From positions 96,001-160,000 of the forward strand of contig CAWELD010000004.1 of the NCBI GenBank assembly GCA_963809895.1: a DNA stretch of 64,000 nucleotides. Reading direction: 5' to 3'. This stretch comes from an uncultured Gemmatimonadales bacterium. GTDB lineage: Bacteria; Gemmatimonadota; Gemmatimonadetes; Longimicrobiales; Gaopeijiaceae. The notes below the pieces were generated by a model, which saw nothing but the letters and a program-made list of their open reading frames with translations, was not told the DNA's origin and searched no databases. Positions 13,488 to 26,470 of the stretch are shown here, piece after piece; position 1 is the stretch's first letter; every line of letters starts with the position of its first letter. The translations under genes and the position numbers were made by a program.

Positions 13488-14393
13488 TCAGTCCGAACCG
13501 CCCAGGAGCTCCGGATCGGCAACCATGCCCATGGCGTGGTACCCCATGTCCACATGCAGGGTCTCGCCGGTGACCGCCCGTGCCAGGGGTGAGCACAGAA
13601 ACGCCGCCGCCATGCCCACGTCCTCGGCGGTGTTGCAGTCCGGGAGTGCCGAGTTGGCGGTGTAGTAGTCCACCATGCGGTCGATGGTCCCGATGGCTCG
13701 CGCCGCCCGGCTGGCCAGCGGGCCGGCGCTGATGGTGTTCACACGGATGCCCCACTTGCGGCCGGCCTCGTAGGCCAGGAGCCGGGTGTCGCTCTCCAGC
13801 GCCGCCTTGGCCGAGCTCATGCCGCCGCCGTAGCTCGGGACCACGCGCTCGGCCGCAAGATACGACAGCGACACGACTCCCCCACCCGCACGCATGTGCT
13901 GGCCGAAATGCTGCACCATGCTGACCATGGAGTAGGCGCTGGCGCTGATCGCCGCCAGATACCCGGCCCGCGAGGTCTCCACCAACGGCTTCTTCACCTC
14001 CGGCCCGTTGGCCAGCGAATGGACCAGAACGTCGATGGCCGGGCTCCCGAAGTCCTCCGCCATCTGTGCGGAGACCTCGGAGATGGTGTAGCCCGAGAGA
14101 TCGCGGTAGCGCTTGTCCTCCAGCACCTCGTCCGGGACCTGATCCGGCGTGTCGTAGAGAGCCTCCAGGGGATAGATCTTCTCGATGTCCCACTCGCCTC
14201 CGCCCGGCAGCGAGCGGTCCAGCTTTCCCCGTTCCAGGAGCCGCGTGAAGATGCCCATCGCCGGGGGCCATGTGCCCACGCACACCGATGCGCCGGCGGC
14301 GGCCAGCACCCGGGCGATGGCCCAGCCGTAGCCCTGGTCGTCGGCGACGCCCGCGACGAAGGCACGTTTCCCGGCGAGGTCGATGGAGAGCAT
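13488..14393 (-). CDS. fabI: Enoyl-ACP reductase (NADH), Chlamydia/plastid-like FabI
   Basis: [64 protein letters not shown]. Confidence 0.92.
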   Translation of the reverse strand: MLSIDLAGKRAFVAGVADDQGYGWAIARVLAAAGASVCVGTWPPAMGIFTRLLERGKLDRSLPGGGEWDIEKIYPLEALYDTPDQVPDEVLEDKRYRDLSGYTISEVSAQMAEDFGSPAIDVLVHSLANGPEVKKPLVETSRAGYLAAISASAYSMVSMVQHFGQHMRAGGGVVSLSYLAAERVVPSYGGGMSSAKAALESDTRLLAYEAGRKWGIRVNTISAGPLASRAARAIGTIDRMVDYYTANSALPDCNTAEDVGMAAAFLCSPLARAVTGETLHVDMGYHAMGMVADPELLGGSD

Positions 14394-14532
14394 GCTGGGC
14401 TCCTTCGGCGAGTGTTTGGAGGTGGCGACCGGCACTCGGGCGGTCAGGCCGGAAGGTAGGGAATCGCCCGCCTGCCGTCGACGGCCCAGCGACCGGCCCG
14501 CCTCCACGGCGCCCCGGGCGCAGCGCGCGGGC

Positions 14533-15669
14533 TCAGTCCGGCGCGATATCCCGGATGCGCGTGGAGACCCAGAACAGCAGCGCCGCGGTCACCACCAGCG
14601 CGCCCACGGCTCCGAAGCCCGCGGCCCGCTGCACCCCGTAGATCCACGCGCCGGTGGCCAGCGCCCCGGCGCCCGCCAGCAGCACTCCCCGGGCGTCGGT
14701 GCGGAGCCCGTAGCGCACGGCCCACGCGCCCAGCCCCGCCTGGGCCAGCCCCGTGACCTCGGCCGGCAGGTCCAGCGACTCCATGGTCGTGAACGCCAGC
14801 ATGGGAATGGCCAGGATCACGCACAGGGCCAGCTGGGCGTGGTACCACTCCCGGCGAAACGCCTGCGGAGCCCGATGCAATCCCCAGAGCACCAGCAGGG
14901 TCATGAGCACGAGCCACACGTCGGCGGGCAGGAGCGCCCTCTCCTCCATCTCCATGGGACCGAGCCCCGAGAGGAGCGAAAGCACCAGACCCGCGTACAG
15001 CGCCGCCGCCAGCGCCGCCAGCGTGCCGTCGTCCGGATCGTCCCGGCGTCCCGCCAGCCGCGCCATCAGCGCGGCGATCACCAGCACCAGCATGCCGTCC
15101 AACGCCCACAGGATGGCATTGAAGTCGATGTCCAGCGCCCGGTGCAGGAAGGTCGCCGCGAAGGGAAACGCGAAGGCGGTGTGGAGCGCAAGCGTGGCGG
15201 GGTGCCGTCCCCGCTGACCGCTCACCAGGATCGCCATCGGGGTGGCCAGCGCCAGGATGCCCATGACCACACCGCCGGTGGTGGCGTTGGCCCACGCGTT
15301 CCACGAGCCCAGCTCCGCAACCAGCAGCACCGCGAATCCCCCGGCTTGCAACAGCAGCGCCGACGGATACCACAGGCCCTTCCACTCCAGCCCGGCGCCC
15401 AGCGCGTACGCCGCGGCGCCGGCCGCGAGCAGGATGGCGTTCTGCTGTGCCATGCTCAGCAACGGCCAGGTGCGATCCACGAAGAAGACCGCCGCCAGGA
15501 ACAGCACGAAGGCGCCGACCCCCGCCAGCAGATAGCGGGCGTCCCGACGCGTTTCTTCGGTCCGGTGCCGGTGTTCCTCGTCGCCGAGACGCTGCGCGGT
15601 GTCGGCGTCCAGCAGCCCCTTGTGCACCCACCGCTCGAGCGCGGTCTCCACGTGTCGTCGCAGGCGCAT
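14533..15669 (-). CDS. DUF2157-like integral membrane protein
   Basis: N-terminal [18 protein letters not shown] followed by many TM segments. Confidence 0.7.
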   Translation of the reverse strand: MRLRRHVETALERWVHKGLLDADTAQRLGDEEHRHRTEETRRDARYLLAGVGAFVLFLAAVFFVDRTWPLLSMAQQNAILLAAGAAAYALGAGLEWKGLWYPSALLLQAGGFAVLLVAELGSWNAWANATTGGVVMGILALATPMAILVSGQRGRHPATLALHTAFAFPFAATFLHRALDIDFNAILWALDGMLVLVIAALMARLAGRRDDPDDGTLAALAAALYAGLVLSLLSGLGPMEMEERALLPADVWLVLMTLLVLWGLHRAPQAFRREWYHAQLALCVILAIPMLAFTTMESLDLPAEVTGLAQAGLGAWAVRYGLRTDARGVLLAGAGALATGAWIYGVQRAAGFGAVGALVVTAALLFWVSTRIRDIAPD

Positions 15670-15853
15670 GTGCCCTCCTCGTTGCCGAAAGCTGCGGCAG
15701 GAGCACACGGCCCCACAAGGAACGCCTGGCAGGCAGGCGGCCCGTAGCGCGCCGGGGTGGAGGGCCCGCGCCCTCTCCGGTAGCTTTCAGGGGCCGGGTC
15801 CGACCTCCTCCCTGCCGGGCCAATCGCACCTCATTTGCATCGGGGGCCTGACC

Positions 15854-17131
15854 GTGTGGGACAAGACCAGGAAGCGCCGGATCGGAGAGCACCAGCTCCG
15901 GCCCGAAAGCCTGATGATGAGCTACGGGTACGAGCCCGAGTGGTCCGAGGGAGCGGCCAAGCCGCCGATCTTCCAGACCTCGACCTTCGTCTTCAAGACG
16001 GCCGAGGAAGGCAAGGCCTTCTTCGAGATCGCCTACGGTCTGCGTGAGAAGCGCGGCGACGAGACGCTGGGGCTCATCTATTCGCGCCTCAACAACCCCT
16101 CGCTGGAGATCCTGGAAGATCGTCTCACGCTGTGGGACGAAGCCGAGGCCGCGGCGGCTTTCGAGAGCGGCATGGCCTCCATCGCCACCACCGCCTTCAC
16201 CTTCCTGAGGCCCGACCAGGTGCTGGCCTTCAGCGAGCCGGTCTACGGCGGCACCGAATACCTCTTCCACGAGGTCCTCCCCCAGTTCGGGATCGAGACG
16301 GTCCCGTTCCGCGCGTGGGAAGGCCGGGCAGGACTGGAGCGCGCGCTGGGCGAGGGCGACCGCCGCCAGCGGCTGGCCATGATCTACGTGGAGACGCCGG
16401 CCAATCCCACCAACCACCTGGTGGACATCGCCATGTGCGCCGAGATCGCCCGGGAGTGCTCCGACGACGAGCGCCGGGTACTGGTGGCCGTGGACAACAC
16501 GTTCCTGGGCCCCCTCTGGCAGCACCCGCTCAAGCTCGGGGCCGATCTGGTGCTCTACTCCCTCACCAAGTTCGTGGGAGGGCATTCGGACCTCATCGCC
16601 GGCGCCGCCCTGGGCAGCGAAGATCTGATCTCACAGATCAAGGCCACCCGCACCTTCTTCGGGAGCATGGCCGGCCCCTGGACCGGCTGGCTCCTGATGC
16701 GCAGCATGGAAACCCTGAAGCTGCGCATGACGAGTCAGATGAAGAACGCCCGTTACGTGGCGGACTTTCTGGTGGATCATCCCCGGGTGGACAAGGTCCA
16801 CTATCTGGGCCACATAACCGAGGGCGACCCCGGCTACGAGGTCTATCGACGGCAGTGCCTCAGCCCCGGATCCATGATCAGCTTCGACCTGCACGGTGGA
16901 GAGGAGGAGGCGTTCCGCTTCCTCAACGCGCTCAAGCTCGTGAAGCTGGCCGTCAGCCTGGGCGGGACGGAGTCGCTGGCGGAGCACCCGGGCACCATGA
17001 CCCACTCCGACGTACCGTCGGAAGACCAGGCGCGCATGGGGATCACCCCGTCCATGGTGCGGCTCAGCGTCGGTGTGGAGCACCCCGAGGACCTCATCGC
17101 CGACCTGGCCCAGGCGCTGGACGCGGTGTAG
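15854..17131 (+). CDS. Methionine gamma-lyase / cystathionine gamma-synthase family PLP enzyme
   Basis: KPPIFQTSTF, YSRLNNP, ESGMASI, ETPANP, DNTF, YSLTKFVGGHSD, AVSLGGTESLAEHP. Confidence 0.9.
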   Translation: MWDKTRKRRIGEHQLRPESLMMSYGYEPEWSEGAAKPPIFQTSTFVFKTAEEGKAFFEIAYGLREKRGDETLGLIYSRLNNPSLEILEDRLTLWDEAEAAAAFESGMASIATTAFTFLRPDQVLAFSEPVYGGTEYLFHEVLPQFGIETVPFRAWEGRAGLERALGEGDRRQRLAMIYVETPANPTNHLVDIAMCAEIARECSDDERRVLVAVDNTFLGPLWQHPLKLGADLVLYSLTKFVGGHSDLIAGAALGSEDLISQIKATRTFFGSMAGPWTGWLLMRSMETLKLRMTSQMKNARYVADFLVDHPRVDKVHYLGHITEGDPGYEVYRRQCLSPGSMISFDLHGGEEEAFRFLNALKLVKLAVSLGGTESLAEHPGTMTHSDVPSEDQARMGITPSMVRLSVGVEHPEDLIADLAQALDAV

Positions 17132-17160
17132 GCACACCCTCACCCTCACCCGGGAGCCGC

Positions 17161-18549
17161 ATGTCGGAGATCATCGAGCCGTTCCGCATCAAGGTGGTGG
17201 AGCCCATCCGCATGACGGACCGGCGCGAGCGGCACGACTGCCTGGTGGAGGCGGGCTACAACGTCTTCAAGCTCCGGGCCGAGGACGTGCTCATCGACCT
17301 GCTCACCGACTCCGGCACCTCGGCCATGAGCGCCGATCAGTGGTCGTCGCTCATGCGGGGCGACGAGTCCTACGCGGGCAGCCGGTCGTTCTTCCGCTTC
17401 CGCGACGTGGTGCGGGACCTCACGGGCTTCTCCCACGTGATCCCCACCCACCAGGGACGCGCGGCGGAGCGCATCCTGTTCTCCACGGTCTGCGAGCCCG
17501 GCGACGTGGTGCCCAACAACACGCACTTCGACACCACCCGGGCCAACGTGGAGGCCAGCGGAGCGCGGGCTGTCGACCTGCCCTCGCCCCAGGGGCTGGT
17601 GCCCTCCGAGCCGCACCCCTTCAAGGGCGACATGGACGTGGACGGGCTGAGGGCGCTCATCGACGAGGTGGGCCCCGAGCGCATCCCCCTGTGCATGGTG
17701 ACGGTCACCAACAACACCGGGGGCGGGCAGCCGGTGTCCATGGCCAACCTGGAAGCCGTCTCGGCCGTGTGTCGGGACCACGGCATCCCCCTCTATCTCG
17801 ACGCCTGCCGCTTCGCCGAGAACGCCTTCTTCATCAAGGAGCGCGAGGAGGGCTGGTCCGACGTGCCGGTCATCGATATCGCCCGGCGCATGTTCCGGCT
17901 CACCGACGGCTGCACCATGTCGGCCAAGAAGGACGGACTGGCCAACATCGGCGGCTTCCTGGCCACCAACGATCCGGGGCTGGCCCGGCAGGAGGAGAAC
18001 CTCCTCATTCTCACCGAGGGATTCCCCACGTACGGCGGTCTGGCCGGGCGGGATCTGGAGGCCATCGCCACCGGCCTGGAAGAGGTGGTGCACGAGGACT
18101 ATCTCACCTACCGGATCGCCTCGGTGCGCTACCTGGGTGAGCACGTGGCCGCCGAGGGCGTGCCCATCATGCAGCCGCCCGGCGGCCACGCGGTCTACCT
18201 GGACGCCGCCGCCTTCCTGCCCCACGTGCCGCGCACCGAGTTACCGGGCCAGGCGCTGGTGGCGGAGCTCTACCTCGAGGGTGGGGTGCGGGGCGTGGAG
18301 GTGGGCACGGTCATGTTCGGCCACACGGATCCCGACAGCGGCGAGGAGGTGCCGTCGCGCATGGAGCTGGTGCGGCTGGCCGTGCCTCGTCGGGTCTACA
18401 CCGAGAGTCAGATCAAGTACGTCATCGACGTGATCCTGACCGTGTGGGGGCGCCGCGACCGCATCGGCGGCTTCCGCTTCGTGGAGCAGGAGCCGGTGCT
18501 GCGTCACTTCACCGCGCGCTTCGAGCCCCTCTACGAGATGGAGGCCTGA
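17161..18549 (+). CDS. tnaA: Tryptophanase (beta-eliminating lyase)
   Basis: EPFRIKVVEPI, DLLTDSGT, MSAKKD; HFDTT and LRHFTA carry the tryptophanase residues rather than the TPL ones (YFTTT, LRFFTA). Confidence 0.88.
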   Translation: MSEIIEPFRIKVVEPIRMTDRRERHDCLVEAGYNVFKLRAEDVLIDLLTDSGTSAMSADQWSSLMRGDESYAGSRSFFRFRDVVRDLTGFSHVIPTHQGRAAERILFSTVCEPGDVVPNNTHFDTTRANVEASGARAVDLPSPQGLVPSEPHPFKGDMDVDGLRALIDEVGPERIPLCMVTVTNNTGGGQPVSMANLEAVSAVCRDHGIPLYLDACRFAENAFFIKEREEGWSDVPVIDIARRMFRLTDGCTMSAKKDGLANIGGFLATNDPGLARQEENLLILTEGFPTYGGLAGRDLEAIATGLEEVVHEDYLTYRIASVRYLGEHVAAEGVPIMQPPGGHAVYLDAAAFLPHVPRTELPGQALVAELYLEGGVRGVEVGTVMFGHTDPDSGEEVPSRMELVRLAVPRRVYTESQIKYVIDVILTVWGRRDRIGGFRFVEQEPVLRHFTARFEPLYEMEA

Positions 18550-18610
18550 GGGGCCTGGAGGGCAGAGCGCCGTCGCCGGCGCGCCGGGCCGAGGACCCAT
18601 CCCCCCGATC

Positions 18611-19579
18611 TCAGAAGCGGAACAGCCAGAACCCCAGCGCGGCGTAGACCGCGAGCAGGATGGCGCCCTCCCACCGCCGGATGCGATGGGCGCTGCGAGT
18701 CACCGGAAAGGCCAGCAACGAGATCATGAGCACCGCCGGCAGCTCCTGCGTCAGGACGCTGCTCCTCACCTCGATGGGCTGCACCAGCGAGGTGATGCCC
18801 AGAATGGCCGTCAGGTTGAAGATGTTGGAGCCGATGATGTTGCCCACGGCGATGTCGGCCTCCTTGCGGATGGCCGCCACCAGCGACGTGGCGAGCTCGG
18901 GAAGCGACGTGCCGATGGCCACCACCGTGAGGCCGATGACGATCTGGGGAACTCCCGCCGCTTCTCCCAGGAAGCGCGCGGAACGGACGATGGCGGTGCC
19001 TCCCAGGACCAGGCCCACCGATCCCCCCAGGACCAGCCCTACGTCCGCGAACCCCAGCCGCGACTCCGAGTGCGTCACCTGCTTGGCGAACGCCTCGTAT
19101 TCTCCCACCACCTCGGGGGTCTCCTCGCCTGCGGCGCGGTTCACGAAGAGCACGTAGAGGGTCAGGATCATGACGAGGATGAGCCCGTCGGGCCGCGTGA
19201 GCCGGCCGTCCAGGACCAGCGGAAAGATGAGCAGGGTCACCCCGATCATGATGGGGATCTCGCGCGATACCACGCGGCCCGCGACCTCCAGGGGACGGAT
19301 GATGGCGGTGAGACCCAGGATCAGGCCGATGTTGGCCAGGTTCGAGCCCATGACGTTGCCCATGGCCAGGTCGCTGTCTCCGTGCATGGCCGCGACCATG
19401 CACACCACCATCTCGGGCGCGGAGGTGCCCAGAGAGACCACGGTCAACCCCACCACGATGGGCTTCACGCCCAGAGACGACGCCAGGCGGGCGGCGCCGC
19501 GCACGAGCCACTCCGCCCCGAAATAGAGGACGGCGATGCCGCCCACCAGGAGCAGGATGTTGGCCGTGAGCTGACTCAT
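18611..19579 (-). CDS. Calcium/sodium antiporter (YrbG/CaCA family)
   Basis: Two alpha repeats GTSAPE...GNVMGSN and GTSLPE...GNIIGSNIFN. Confidence 0.93.
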   Translation of the reverse strand: MSQLTANILLLVGGIAVLYFGAEWLVRGAARLASSLGVKPIVVGLTVVSLGTSAPEMVVCMVAAMHGDSDLAMGNVMGSNLANIGLILGLTAIIRPLEVAGRVVSREIPIMIGVTLLIFPLVLDGRLTRPDGLILVMILTLYVLFVNRAAGEETPEVVGEYEAFAKQVTHSESRLGFADVGLVLGGSVGLVLGGTAIVRSARFLGEAAGVPQIVIGLTVVAIGTSLPELATSLVAAIRKEADIAVGNIIGSNIFNLTAILGITSLVQPIEVRSSVLTQELPAVLMISLLAFPVTRSAHRIRRWEGAILLAVYAALGFWLFRF

Positions 19580-19583
19580 CCCC

Positions 19584-21347
19584 TCACCTCCGCCTCGCCA
19601 GCCAGGCCGTCACCTCGTCCACCGGACGCGTGTTCAGCACGTGCTCCGGCTCGAGCCAGCCACGGCGGGCCTGGTCCACCCCGTAGCGTAGCACGTCCAG
19701 ACCACGAACTTCGTGGGCGTCGGTGTCGATGACCACCCTGACACCCAACTCCCGCGCCCGGAACACCTGCCGGTCGTTGAGGTCCAGCCGCCGCGGATGG
19801 GCGTTGATCTCCACCGCCACGTCGTGCTCGGCGCACGCCTGCAGCACCGCCTCGACGTCCACGGCGTAGGGCTCGCGGCGCCCCAGCAGACGGCCGGTGC
19901 CGTGCCCCAGGATGTCCACGTGCGGATGCGAGACCGCCCGGATGATCCGACGCGTCATGGTGTCGCGATCCTGGTCCATGAAGGAGTGGACCGACGCCAC
20001 CACCACGTCCAGCTCCGCTAGCACGTCGTCGGGCTGATCCAGGGTGCCGTCCTTGAGGATGTCCACCTCCTGGCCCCGGAAGATGCGGATGGCGTCGCCC
20101 ATCTCGTCCTGGACCGCGGCGATCTCCTCCCACTGCTCCCGGAGCTTCTCCGGCGTGAGCCCCCCGACCATGGTCACGGCCTTGGAGTGGTCCGTGATCG
20201 CCATGTACGCGTAGCCCCGCTCCACGCAGCCGCGAGCCATCTCCAGGACCGAAGCCTTGCCGTCGGTCCAGGTCGTGTGCATGTGCAGGTCGCCCCGGAT
20301 GTCGTCGGGCGTCAGCAGATGCGGAAGCGTGCCCTGGCGGGCCGCCTCCACCTCGCCCCGGTCCTCCCGGAGCTCGGGCGGAATCCACGCCAGGTCCAAC
20401 GCACCGAAGACCTCCTCCTCGGTGGCGCCGGCCACCCGCTCGCCCTCGTCCTTGGCCAGGCTGTCCGGATCCACTCCCTCCGGCACACGGAAGACACCCC
20501 ACTCGTTGATGCGCAGCCCCCGCTTCACCCCCAGCGTGCGGATGCGGACGTTGTGCTCCTTGGACCCCGTGAAGTAGTGGAGAGCGGCGCCGTACGACCG
20601 CCCCGGAATCACGCGCATGTCCACCGACAGCCCCGACCGCAGCACGATGTTGCCCTTGGTCGGTCCGGCGGCTTCCACGCGCACGGCACCCGCAAACGCC
20701 GTGAAGTGATCGACCACGGCGCGACCGTCGCCGTCACACGCCGCGAGCAGGTCCACGTCGCCCACGGTCTCCCGTCGCCGACGATAGCTTCCGGCCACCT
20801 CGATCCGGTCCACCCCCGGGGCGCGTTCCATGTGCTCCAGCAGCGACCGGATGTAGGGCTCGGCCTCGGCCCGCAGAAAGCGGCCCTGCTGCTTGCGGTG
20901 GTCCTCGATGGCCTGACGCATCTTGGCGACGCTGCGGGCGCCGAAGCCCTTGAGCACCTCCACCGTGCCCTTGTCGATCTCGGCCTCCAGCCCCTCCACC
21001 GACTCCACGCCGAGCTCGTCGAAGAGCTGCTTGGCCTTCTTGGGACCCACCCCGTCGAGTCGGGTCAGCTCGGCCAGGGTGCGGGGCACCTCGCGGGTGA
21101 CCTCGTTCAGCGTGGACAGCTGCCCGGTCTGCAGGAGCTCGCGGATGTGGCGGTCCATCTCCTTGCCCACGCCCTGCAGCTCCGTGAGGTCCTCGCCGGC
21201 CTCCACCAGATCCTGCAGCGAGCGGGTGAGAGCGCGCACCGTGCGCACGGCGTTCCGGTAGGCGCGGATCCGGAACGGATTGGCGCCCTGGATCTCCAGG
21301 AGGTCGGCCGTCTCTTCCAGCACCCGGGCGATGTCCAGGTTCTCCAT
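19584..21347 (-). CDS. polX: DNA polymerase X with C-terminal PHP domain
   Basis: NPFRIRAYRNA, AGSYRRRRETVGDVDLL, YFTGSKEHN, PHP DLHMHT, ITDHS, INAHPRRLDL, DTDAH. Confidence 0.95.
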   Translation of the reverse strand: MENLDIARVLEETADLLEIQGANPFRIRAYRNAVRTVRALTRSLQDLVEAGEDLTELQGVGKEMDRHIRELLQTGQLSTLNEVTREVPRTLAELTRLDGVGPKKAKQLFDELGVESVEGLEAEIDKGTVEVLKGFGARSVAKMRQAIEDHRKQQGRFLRAEAEPYIRSLLEHMERAPGVDRIEVAGSYRRRRETVGDVDLLAACDGDGRAVVDHFTAFAGAVRVEAAGPTKGNIVLRSGLSVDMRVIPGRSYGAALHYFTGSKEHNVRIRTLGVKRGLRINEWGVFRVPEGVDPDSLAKDEGERVAGATEEEVFGALDLAWIPPELREDRGEVEAARQGTLPHLLTPDDIRGDLHMHTTWTDGKASVLEMARGCVERGYAYMAITDHSKAVTMVGGLTPEKLREQWEEIAAVQDEMGDAIRIFRGQEVDILKDGTLDQPDDVLAELDVVVASVHSFMDQDRDTMTRRIIRAVSHPHVDILGHGTGRLLGRREPYAVDVEAVLQACAEHDVAVEINAHPRRLDLNDRQVFRARELGVRVVIDTDAHEVRGLDVLRYGVDQARRGWLEPEHVLNTRPVDEVTAWLARRR

Positions 21348-21384
21348 CAGCCGCCCCCACCCCGTCCGCCACCGACACCCCGCC

Positions 21385-23742
<2,358 letters not shown>

Positions 23743-23878
23743 TCAACAAGCGCGCAGCACTTGTCGCGGAACCGCCATGCGCCCATCCATATGCGGCCTA
23801 TGAACTTGGACGGCAGTGGGTTGGGGCGGCACGGCCCCGTCCCCGAGATCACACTCGTGCCCGGAAGTGGAGGACGTC

Positions 23879-25075
23879 GTGTCGGACCCTGATCTCGACC
23901 TCACCAGACTGCGGGCGGAGACGCCGGGGGCAGCCCATTGCACCCACCTGAACAACGCGGGTGCCTCGCTCATGCCAGCCCCGGTGCTGGCGGCGATCCG
24001 TGCCCATCTCGAGCTGGAAGCCCACATGGGTGGATACGAAGCCGCCGACCGGGTCGCCGGCGAGGTCGCTGCGGTCTACGACGCCGTGGCCCAGCTCCTG
24101 GACACAACCCCGGGCAACGTGGCCATCACCGAGAACGCGACCGCCTCGTTCCAACAGGCCCTCTCCAGCGTTCCGTTCCGCCCGGGCGACGTGCTGCTCA
24201 CCACGACCAACGACTACGTCTCGAACCAGATCCAGTATCTGTCGCTGGAGCGGCGCATGGGCATCGAGGTGGTGCGGGCGCCGGATCGTCCCGACGGCGG
24301 CGTCGATCCGCTGGCCATGGCCGAGCTCATCCACCGCCGACGGCCACGTCTGGTGGCGGTCACCCACGTGCCCACCAGCTCGGGCCTGGTACAGGACGTG
24401 ACCGCCGTGGGCGAGATCTGCCGGAGCGAGGGCGTCCTCTATCTCGTGGACGCGTGCCAGTCCGTGGGTCAGATGCCGGTGAGCGTGGCCGAGCTCCGCT
24501 GCGACTTCCTCTCGGGCACGGCACGCAAGTTCCTCAGGGGACCCCGAGGCGTGGGCTTTCTCTACGTGTCCGACCGCGTCCTGGACTCGGACCTGGAGCC
24601 GCTGTTCCCGGATCTGCGCGGCGCGGACTGGGTCGACGACCGACTCTACCAGCCCGCGCCCGACGCGCGCCGGTTCGAGAACTGGGAGTTCCCGTATGCG
24701 CTCGTGCTCGGGTTCGGGGCCGCGGTCCGGTACGCGCTGGACGTGGGGCTGCAGGCGGCCGCCGTCCGTGCCCGGGCGCTCGCCGGCCGGTTGCGAGAGG
24801 GTCTGTCGTCGCTACCCGGGGTCCAGGTCCTCGACCGTGGCCCGGAGCTGTGCGCCATCGTCACCGCCGCCGTTCCGTCGTGGACCGCCCGGGAGCTCAT
24901 GCTGGATCTGCGGCGTGAAGCCATTCACACCAGCGTCCTGACGCGAGAGGCTGCGGTGCTGGACTTCGACGACAAGGGGGTGGAGGATGCGCTCCGCCTG
25001 TCACCCCACTACTACAACACGGACGAGGAAGTGGACCGCGCCCTGTCTGCGCTGGAGTCCCGGTTGCCGAGCTGA
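23879..25075 (+). CDS. Class-V PLP aminotransferase / C-S lyase-like protein
   Basis: HLNNAGASL, YLVDACQSVGQ, SGTARKFLRGPRG, RLSPHYYNT; lacks SufS GHHC; SD GGAGG. Confidence 0.88.
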   Translation: MSDPDLDLTRLRAETPGAAHCTHLNNAGASLMPAPVLAAIRAHLELEAHMGGYEAADRVAGEVAAVYDAVAQLLDTTPGNVAITENATASFQQALSSVPFRPGDVLLTTTNDYVSNQIQYLSLERRMGIEVVRAPDRPDGGVDPLAMAELIHRRRPRLVAVTHVPTSSGLVQDVTAVGEICRSEGVLYLVDACQSVGQMPVSVAELRCDFLSGTARKFLRGPRGVGFLYVSDRVLDSDLEPLFPDLRGADWVDDRLYQPAPDARRFENWEFPYALVLGFGAAVRYALDVGLQAAAVRARALAGRLREGLSSLPGVQVLDRGPELCAIVTAAVPSWTARELMLDLRREAIHTSVLTREAAVLDFDDKGVEDALRLSPHYYNTDEEVDRALSALESRLPS

Positions 25076-25098
25076 ACCTTGTGCTCGGGCCGTTCGGG

Positions 25099-25124
25099 TG
25101 AAGAAGTTCGCACAGCCCTCCGTA
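25099..25124 (+). promoter_or_regulatory. Putative autoregulatory ECF promoter
   Basis: TGAAGA-N16-CGTA directly upstream of the ECF gene (cf. SigW TGAAAC-N16-CGTA). Confidence 0.4.
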
Positions 25125-25141
25125 CCCTGTCTGAACCCTGA

Positions 25142-25720
25142 ATGGGAGCCGCATTGCAACCGGAGGTCGAGAAAGAGTTGATCCGCAAGTGCCAAGCTGG
25201 AGACGCGCGGTTCTACGAACCACTGGTGCGGGCCTACGAAGGTCCCGGCATCCGCGTGGCCACCGGCATGATGGGCAATCCCGACGACGCCCGGGATGCC
25301 CTCCAGGAGGCCTTCGTGAAGGCCTTTCGGAACTTGCGGAAATTCGACCTCCGACGACCGTTCGGGCCCTGGTTCTTCCAGATCCTGAGGAACCAGTGCC
25401 GCGACATGCTGCGCAGCCGACAGGCGCGATTCAAGGTGGAGACCGTAGACGAGCACCTGGCCCTGAGGCCCGCCGACCCCGCGAAGAGCCCCGAGCGTGC
25501 GCGGCAACGCGCGGCGGCGAAGGAGCTTCTCTGGCGCGGCCTGGAGCGCATCGGCGCCGAGCACCGCGAGGTGCTGGTCCTCAAGGAGCTCCAGGGTTTG
25601 AGATACAATGAGATCGCGGAGGTTCTCGACATCCCCGAGGGCACCGTGGCCAGCCGCCTCTTTCACGCCCGCCGGGCGCTGAAGGAGGCTCTCGAGGAGC
25701 TGGGCGTCGAGCACGCCTGA
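25142..25720 (+). CDS. ECF RNA polymerase sigma factor (alternative TTG start at 25154)
   Basis: DARDALQEAFVKAF, FGPWFFQILRN, YNEIAEVLDIPEGTVASRLFHAR. Confidence 0.93.
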   Translation: MGAALQPEVEKELIRKCQAGDARFYEPLVRAYEGPGIRVATGMMGNPDDARDALQEAFVKAFRNLRKFDLRRPFGPWFFQILRNQCRDMLRSRQARFKVETVDEHLALRPADPAKSPERARQRAAAKELLWRGLERIGAEHREVLVLKELQGLRYNEIAEVLDIPEGTVASRLFHARRALKEALEELGVEHA

Positions 25721-25730
25721 GGAGACGTTC

Positions 25731-26153
25731 GTGCATCGCAGCGTGAGCAACGAAGACCTGATGCGCCTCCTGGACGACGAGTTGTCGCAGGAGGCCAGGG
25801 AGCGGGTGGAGCGGGAGCTGGCTCGCTCCACCGAGCTCCAGCGCGAGCTCGCCATCTACCGGGACATGCAGGCGGGATTCCGGGAACTGAGCTTCGCGGT
25901 CCGCCCCGACCAGTCGGTATGGGACACGGTGGATCGACGCCTGACCCGGCCCGTGGGCTGGATTCTCTTCGTGACGGGATCGGTCCTGTGGCTCCTCTAC
26001 AGCGGGTGGGTGTTCGCCACCTCCACCGTGGACCCCTGGGAGAAGATCGCCGTGACGGGGGTGGCCCTCGGCTTCCTCATCCTCCTCGGAAGCACCATTT
26101 TCGAGCGCCTACGGGAATGGCGAACGGACCCCTATCGGGACATTCAACGATGA
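25731..26153 (+). CDS. Putative membrane anti-sigma factor
   Basis: Follows ECF; LMRLLDDELS...VERELA anti-sigma-like N-terminus without Zn ligands; two TM helices. Confidence 0.7.
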   Translation: MHRSVSNEDLMRLLDDELSQEARERVERELARSTELQRELAIYRDMQAGFRELSFAVRPDQSVWDTVDRRLTRPVGWILFVTGSVLWLLYSGWVFATSTVDPWEKIAVTGVALGFLILLGSTIFERLREWRTDPYRDIQR

Positions 26154-26470
26154 TCGTGGTGACGACGCCGGACATCCCCGGCCGTCAGATCGACCGTGTG
26201 CTCGGCCTCGTGCGCGGCAACACCATCCGCGGACGTCATGTGGGCCGTGACATCCAGGCGGTGTTCCGCAACATCGCCGGGGGCGAGATCCGCGAGTACA
26301 CCAAGATGATGGCCGAAGCCAGGGAGCAGGCCATCGACCGCATGGTCGAAGAGGCCGAAGCGCTGGGCGCCGACGCGGTCATCGCCGTGCGCTTCCAGAC
26401 GTGCGAGGTGATGAAGGGTGCCGCCGAGATGCTCTGTTACGGCACGGCGGTGACCCTCTCCCAGGGGTAG
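26150..26470 (+). CDS. YbjQ/UPF0145 family protein
   Basis: ATGA overlap; LGLVRGNTIRGRHVGRDI...GGEIREYT...LGADAVIAVRF...YGTAV. Confidence 0.93.
   Translation: MIVVTTPDIPGRQIDRVLGLVRGNTIRGRHVGRDIQAVFRNIAGGEIREYTKMMAEAREQAIDRMVEEAEALGADAVIAVRFQTCEVMKGAAEMLCYGTAVTLSQG

Noticed and set aside
15670..15853. Possible SAM riboswitch or tnaC-like leader before the Met lyase/tnaA pair
   Set aside because: No SAM-I/II core sequences and no Trp-containing leader ORF recognised.
17161..18549. Tyrosine phenol-lyase call, which would supply phenol to the Hcr-like enzyme
   Set aside because: Specificity residues (HFDTT, LRHFTA) are tryptophanase-type.
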